Translations under genes and position numbers: made by a program | Origin: Myxococcota bacterium | GTDB lineage: Bacteria; Myxococcota_A; Polyangia; Nannocystales; Nannocystaceae | DNA: 64,000 bases | Assembly (NCBI GenBank): GCA_039028615.1 | Contig: JBCCHT010000010.1 | Span: 128,001-192,000 of the forward strand | Direction of reading: 5' to 3' | Shown: piece by piece, positions 60,184-64,000 of the stretch | How positions within the stretch are numbered: position 1 is the first letter of the stretch | Layout: each line of letters begins with the position of its first letter | The notes under the pieces: generated by a model | Databases searched by the model: none | Seen by the model: only the letters and a program-made list of their open reading frames with translations | What the model was told of the DNA's origin: nothing

Positions 60184-61479
60184 TCAGCGGCTTCGCGAGC
60201 GGCAGCGCGACTCGTGCTCTTGGCACTTGAAGCGCACGTGCAAGTGATCGACGTGCCCTTTGACGTGCTGGATGAGCGCGCTGCGTCGCGGAGGCGAGCG
60301 CGGGTACTCCAGCCATCGCGACAGCTCTGCCTTGGGGACGGTGCCCTGGGCGACGGCGTGGTCGTACAGCAGCTTCTGGATCGCCGAGTCGATGAAGATC
60401 ACCTCGATCTGTCCCGTGGAGCGCAGCAGCTTGAGCAGGTTCCAGGTCTCGGCCGCGTCGAGGTTCTTCGCGGTCATCGAGCGCCAGTTGAGCTCCTCGC
60501 CCTTGGGCAGCACCTGGAGGTAGCCGAGATCGACATCGCGCCCGCTCTGGTGGGTGCTGTGGGGCTCGAGGCGGCCGCCCTTACGCGCGGCCATGTTGCC
60601 TACGAGGATCGGCTGCACTTCGCCGCGGTCCGCCCAGCGGCGCAGCACCTTGTCGAGCAGCGAGACGGTGTGCTCCGTGCCGTACGACTTCCACGGGATT
60701 GCCTTGAGGTGGCGCCCTGGGCCCTCGATCATCGGCACGCCGCCCTCGAGGGTGCCGTTGCTGGGCAATCCCACCGATTGGCTGCTCTCGTCTTCGTCCC
60801 GGAGGTAGACCACGACCTTGGAGTTGGGCGGCAGCTCGCTCTCCAGCGCCTTGCCCGGGTTCATCGCGGTGATCTCGTGGTGGAAGATCTTGTAGAGGTT
60901 GGCGACGTTCTTGATCGAGCCGCCGTGCCGAATGGTGTAGGTGATCTTCTTCGGCGGGGACAGCTCGGTCGCCCAGCCCTGGGGGAGCGGCTCGGGCGGG
61001 AGGACCTCGTCGTCGGGCTCGTCGATGGGATCCTCGGGTCGGTCGTCGGCTCCGGCCGCCGCGGGCTCGGGATCGGGCTCGTCGACCAGGGGTTCTCCGT
61101 CGGCCTCGTCCTCGTCGCGGGGTTCGTCCTCGCGGTCGTCGTCGACCTTCGCACCCGCCACCGCAGGGGCGGCGTCGGGCGAGACGCTCAGGGCCGGGCC
61201 GGGCTCGGGGGCGCCGCAGCGCAGTGCGGCGGCGACGGCCCATACGCCACCGCCCAGCACGATCAGGGTCGGGCCGAGCTGGCGACGTGGGGGAGGGGAG
61301 GCTTCGGCGACGGGTTCGTCGTCGTCCTCTTCGAGGTCGTCGTCCTCGTCGAGGTCGTCGTCCTCGTCGTCGGAATTGGCGTCGTCGAGCTGCTGCGCGT
61401 CCTCGGCCTCCTCCTCTACGGAGGAGGGGTCGGACCCGGAGGCCTCGAGATCCTGCTCATCGTCGTCACGGTGGGCCAT
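60184..61479 (-). CDS. Acidic N-terminus - TM - LysM - MepA-like murein endopeptidase
   Basis: SVGLPSNGTLEGG, THQSGRDVD, HVDHLHVRF; LysM YTIRHGGSIKNVANLY. Confidence 0.85.
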   Translation of the reverse strand: MAHRDDDEQDLEASGSDPSSVEEEAEDAQQLDDANSDDEDDDLDEDDDLEEDDDEPVAEASPPPRRQLGPTLIVLGGGVWAVAAALRCGAPEPGPALSVSPDAAPAVAGAKVDDDREDEPRDEDEADGEPLVDEPDPEPAAAGADDRPEDPIDEPDDEVLPPEPLPQGWATELSPPKKITYTIRHGGSIKNVANLYKIFHHEITAMNPGKALESELPPNSKVVVYLRDEDESSQSVGLPSNGTLEGGVPMIEGPGRHLKAIPWKSYGTEHTVSLLDKVLRRWADRGEVQPILVGNMAARKGGRLEPHSTHQSGRDVDLGYLQVLPKGEELNWRSMTAKNLDAAETWNLLKLLRSTGQIEVIFIDSAIQKLLYDHAVAQGTVPKAELSRWLEYPRSPPRRSALIQHVKGHVDHLHVRFKCQEHESRCRSRSR

Positions 61480-61642
61480 GGCGCGGGAGCCGATAGTGGG
61501 CTGCGGCGGCCCCTCGAAGCAAGTTCTGGGCGCAAGCGCTCGCGCGCGCGCCGCAAACGGGCACCTAGAGCCCCTTTTGGGGCTCACAGATGCCGGTCGC
61601 GGATCGGGACGGTGGCCGAAAACCGGTGACGCGACGTGCGTC

Positions 61643-62503
61643 TCACTCCGGCGGCGGGCAATCGACGAACAGCAGGTTCACGTGCCGGGCGAAGGTCGGC
61701 GGCTGCGAGTCGAGCACCGTGCACTCGCGCTCGGGATGGTCGACCGTGAGCTCGTAGGTGCCCTCGGGGCCCGGCTCGACGTTGAAGAACACCGCGACCG
61801 GGTAGAGGCTCCACTCGATGTCGCTGGTGTTGAGGATCGGCTGGCCATCCGAGTTGGGAGCGTAATAGGTGTTGGGCTCGGGCGGCGGGTCGAGGGTGAC
61901 GGTGGCTCCCGTCGCGGTGTTCTGCTGGATGGCGACCAGCAGCACCGCGCGCTCTTCGTCGAGCATCACCGTCTTGTCCTGAGCCTGCAGCGCGTTGACC
62001 TGAAGGTCGATGACGTCGAGCGAGACCTGCGACAGCTCGAAGTCGTCGACGCCCTCGAGCCCCGTCTCGAACTGGAGCACGCCGCCCCAGTAGTTGTCGG
62101 TGTCGGCCACGATGAAGCGGTCGGTGATGTTGACGGGTAGCGCCTCGAACTCCCAGTCGCCGCTGGCGTTGCTGGTCGTCTCCAGCTCGGGCATGCCGAG
62201 TACCGAGATCTGGGCGTCGACGATCGGGCCCATCGCGAAGAAGTCCTGGATGGTGCCGCCGAAGCGAACCTCGGTGGGCGGCTCGCCCGTGCTCTCTTCG
62301 CCGCCCTCGCTGCTGCTGCCGCCGCCCTCGAGCACGCCGCTGCCGGAGTCGGCACTCTCGCCCGTGGTGGTGCCCGGCGCCTCTCCTGTGGTCGTGCCCG
62401 AGCTTCCGTCCGCCGAGCTGGCGGGGGCGCTGTCATCCGCGCAACCCACGACGAGGAGTCCGGCGACGATGAGCGAAGAGGTCGAGGCGTAGTTCAAGCG
62501 CAT
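61643..62503 (-). CDS. Lipoprotein with carboxypeptidase-regulatory-like beta-sandwich domains
   Basis: LVVGC lipobox, S/G/T/E linker, GTIQD...PIVDAQIS...TTSNASGDW pattern. Confidence 0.75.
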   Translation of the reverse strand: MRLNYASTSSLIVAGLLVVGCADDSAPASSADGSSGTTTGEAPGTTTGESADSGSGVLEGGGSSSEGGEESTGEPPTEVRFGGTIQDFFAMGPIVDAQISVLGMPELETTSNASGDWEFEALPVNITDRFIVADTDNYWGGVLQFETGLEGVDDFELSQVSLDVIDLQVNALQAQDKTVMLDEERAVLLVAIQQNTATGATVTLDPPPEPNTYYAPNSDGQPILNTSDIEWSLYPVAVFFNVEPGPEGTYELTVDHPERECTVLDSQPPTFARHVNLLFVDCPPPE

Positions 62504-62719
62504 GAGCCAGAGTGTACGGGATCGACGTCTAGGGGGCCCGTGCTCCAGGTTTAGCCATGATCACGGCTCCAGGAGTCGGCGTGGCACGGTTTTGGGACGG
62601 GGTCGTAAAACGTAGTTTGGTGAAGGTATATGGGCGACTTTAACCTGCAATAACCCTCACGAACTTACAGGTATGAAGATTCTTTACTTCGACTTACCCG
62701 GTGCTAGCTTCCGGCGCTC

Positions 62720-63556
62720 ATGAGACGCCTGCACCGTAGTCTTGCGTGTTCGCTTCTGGCCCTGGGCCTCGGCTGCACCGCGAATTCGAATGCCGCGGGC
62801 ACGGGCTGGGGCGTCGACCTGGCCGACGAGGAGGACTCCGAGGGCGAGGTCATGACCGGCACCGAGGGCGGCGACTCTGCCCCCGCGGGCGAGGATGGCT
62901 CGGGTGCCGGAGATGACGACGGAGGCGACGGTGAGGTCCCCTCGGACGACTCCGCGACCTCGGGTGGCGGCACCGATGACGGCGATCCGGCCGGCACCGA
63001 CGGCGGCTCCGAGGGCGATGAGGGCGGGGCGGTCGAGTGCCCCGCCGACGTCTTCGAGATGCTGTGGTCCGAGGACGCCATGCTCCAGTCGCCCATGACC
63101 TATGGCGTGGCCGAGTCCGCGGTGGGCTCTCCCATGATCGCGCTCTCCGAGGTCGCCGAGGAGGGCACCATCAGCTTCGAGGTCGACATCCCGTGCGGGG
63201 GTGACTACCGCATCTTCGGGCTCGTCTGGGACATCTACCCGGGGGCCTGGTCGCAGGACGACGCCGACTCCTTCCACGTCAGCCTCGGCGGCGGCGACGA
63301 GTTCCGCTGGTCCTATGGCTGCCAAACCGACGGGCAAGAGAACGCGCTGTCGTGGCAGTCGCTGCACTCGGCCGAAGACGACGACTGCACCATCTCGCCC
63401 GTCTCCGTCGAGTTCCCCGAGCCGGGGACCTACGTCATTCGCCTGCGCAACCTCGAGGCGGGCTCGGGCTCCGCAGTGGCCGGCATCGCCGGCCTGGCCG
63501 TCAGCTCCGACTGGGACGCCGACCCGCACGGGCTCTACTCGCCCTACGGACACTAG
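62720..63556 (+). CDS. Lipoprotein with D/G-rich linker and C-terminal beta-sandwich (CBM-like) domain
   Basis: LGLGC lipobox; GDYRIFGLV, DSFHVSL, GTYVIRLRNLE. Confidence 0.72.
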   Translation: MRRLHRSLACSLLALGLGCTANSNAAGTGWGVDLADEEDSEGEVMTGTEGGDSAPAGEDGSGAGDDDGGDGEVPSDDSATSGGGTDDGDPAGTDGGSEGDEGGAVECPADVFEMLWSEDAMLQSPMTYGVAESAVGSPMIALSEVAEEGTISFEVDIPCGGDYRIFGLVWDIYPGAWSQDDADSFHVSLGGGDEFRWSYGCQTDGQENALSWQSLHSAEDDDCTISPVSVEFPEPGTYVIRLRNLEAGSGSAVAGIAGLAVSSDWDADPHGLYSPYGH

Positions 63557-63590
63557 ACGCGCTCGCGAGCGCTACGAGCCAACCAAAGAA

Positions 63591-63623
63591 CGAGGGCGCT
63601 CCGGCTCGGCCGGTGCGCCCTCG
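63591..63623. terminator. Hairpin between convergent genes (probable bidirectional terminator)
   Basis: 15-bp stem with one mismatch; TTCTTT follows on the minus strand, ATTCGTTT on the plus strand. Confidence 0.7.
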
Positions 63624-63643
63624 ATTCGTTTCGCCCGTGGCGA

Positions 63644-64000
63644 CTAGTTGCAGGGCGGCATGCCCGTGACGGCCGAGACCCAGATCCCGTCCTCGGCGGG
63701 CTCGGGGAACAGCGAGTACAGGCAGTACGGGGTCAGCGTCACCGGATCGCCGATGAGGCCATTGCCGACGTTCCAGCCGAGCACGTCGGCCCGCAGCTCA
63801 CCGTTGGTCGGGTCCCAGTTGAGCGCACCGCTCACGCCCTGGAGGTCGACGGTGTTGCCGGCGGCCAGGATGTTGCGCGCGTCCTGGATGAACACGTTGG
63901 GCGCGTCACCGAAGGAGATTTCGGCGCCCTTCGGATCGTTGAGGGCCGCCATGCCGTTGGCGATGCCGGTTCCGGTGATCTCCTCGCCGGCTGGGATGGT
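63644..64000 (-). CDS. C-terminal part of a branched-chain amino acid ABC-type substrate-binding-like protein (truncated by the window edge)
   Basis: Frame open to the edge; ITGTGIANGM and VDLQGVSGALNWDPTNGE typical of the fold's C-terminus. Confidence 0.65.
   Translation of the reverse strand, partial: TIPAGEEITGTGIANGMAALNDPKGAEISFGDAPNVFIQDARNILAAGNTVDLQGVSGALNWDPTNGELRADVLGWNVGNGLIGDPVTLTPYCLYSLFPEPAEDGIWVSAVTGMPPCN

Noticed and set aside
62582..62597. TGGCACG sigma54 -24-like element
   Set aside because: The -12 position reads GG rather than GC at the required GG-N10-GC spacing

Overview
High-GC window that looks myxobacterial (probably Nannocystaceae-like; inferred from many Hanks kinases, FHA proteins and Cys-rich lipoproteins). 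About 41 real CDS; no rRNA, tRNA, CRISPR array or mobile element can be supported. Housekeeping blocks: a TetR-fadE-maoC-fabG-thiolase fatty-acid cluster divergent from a methyltransferase-aceK pair (three operator-like palindromes between them), dnaK, nth, an hrpB-like helicase, a PAS kinase/NarL-type regulator pair and two ECF sigma factors. The window is very dense in phosphothreonine signalling: 3 Ser/Thr kinases, 1 PP2C phosphatase and 5 FHA proteins. Best candidate novel systems: (1) 2.2-11.8 kb, two convergent FHA-membrane proteins sharing a STAND-type helical tail but no NTPase (one ends in WD40, the other in LysM-MepA endopeptidase), next to a kinase with repeated T-x-x-L motifs and an orphan fused TssB-TssC-like sheath gene; (2) 24.1-32.7 kb, tandem FHA-PilZ paralogues, one with seven EDSGAYAIVR tyrosine repeats, coupled to a kinase-STAND ATPase; (3) a FecR-like anti-sigma with an apparent internal RBS, Met and second signal peptide. 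All family calls come from motif recognition by eye, not database searches.
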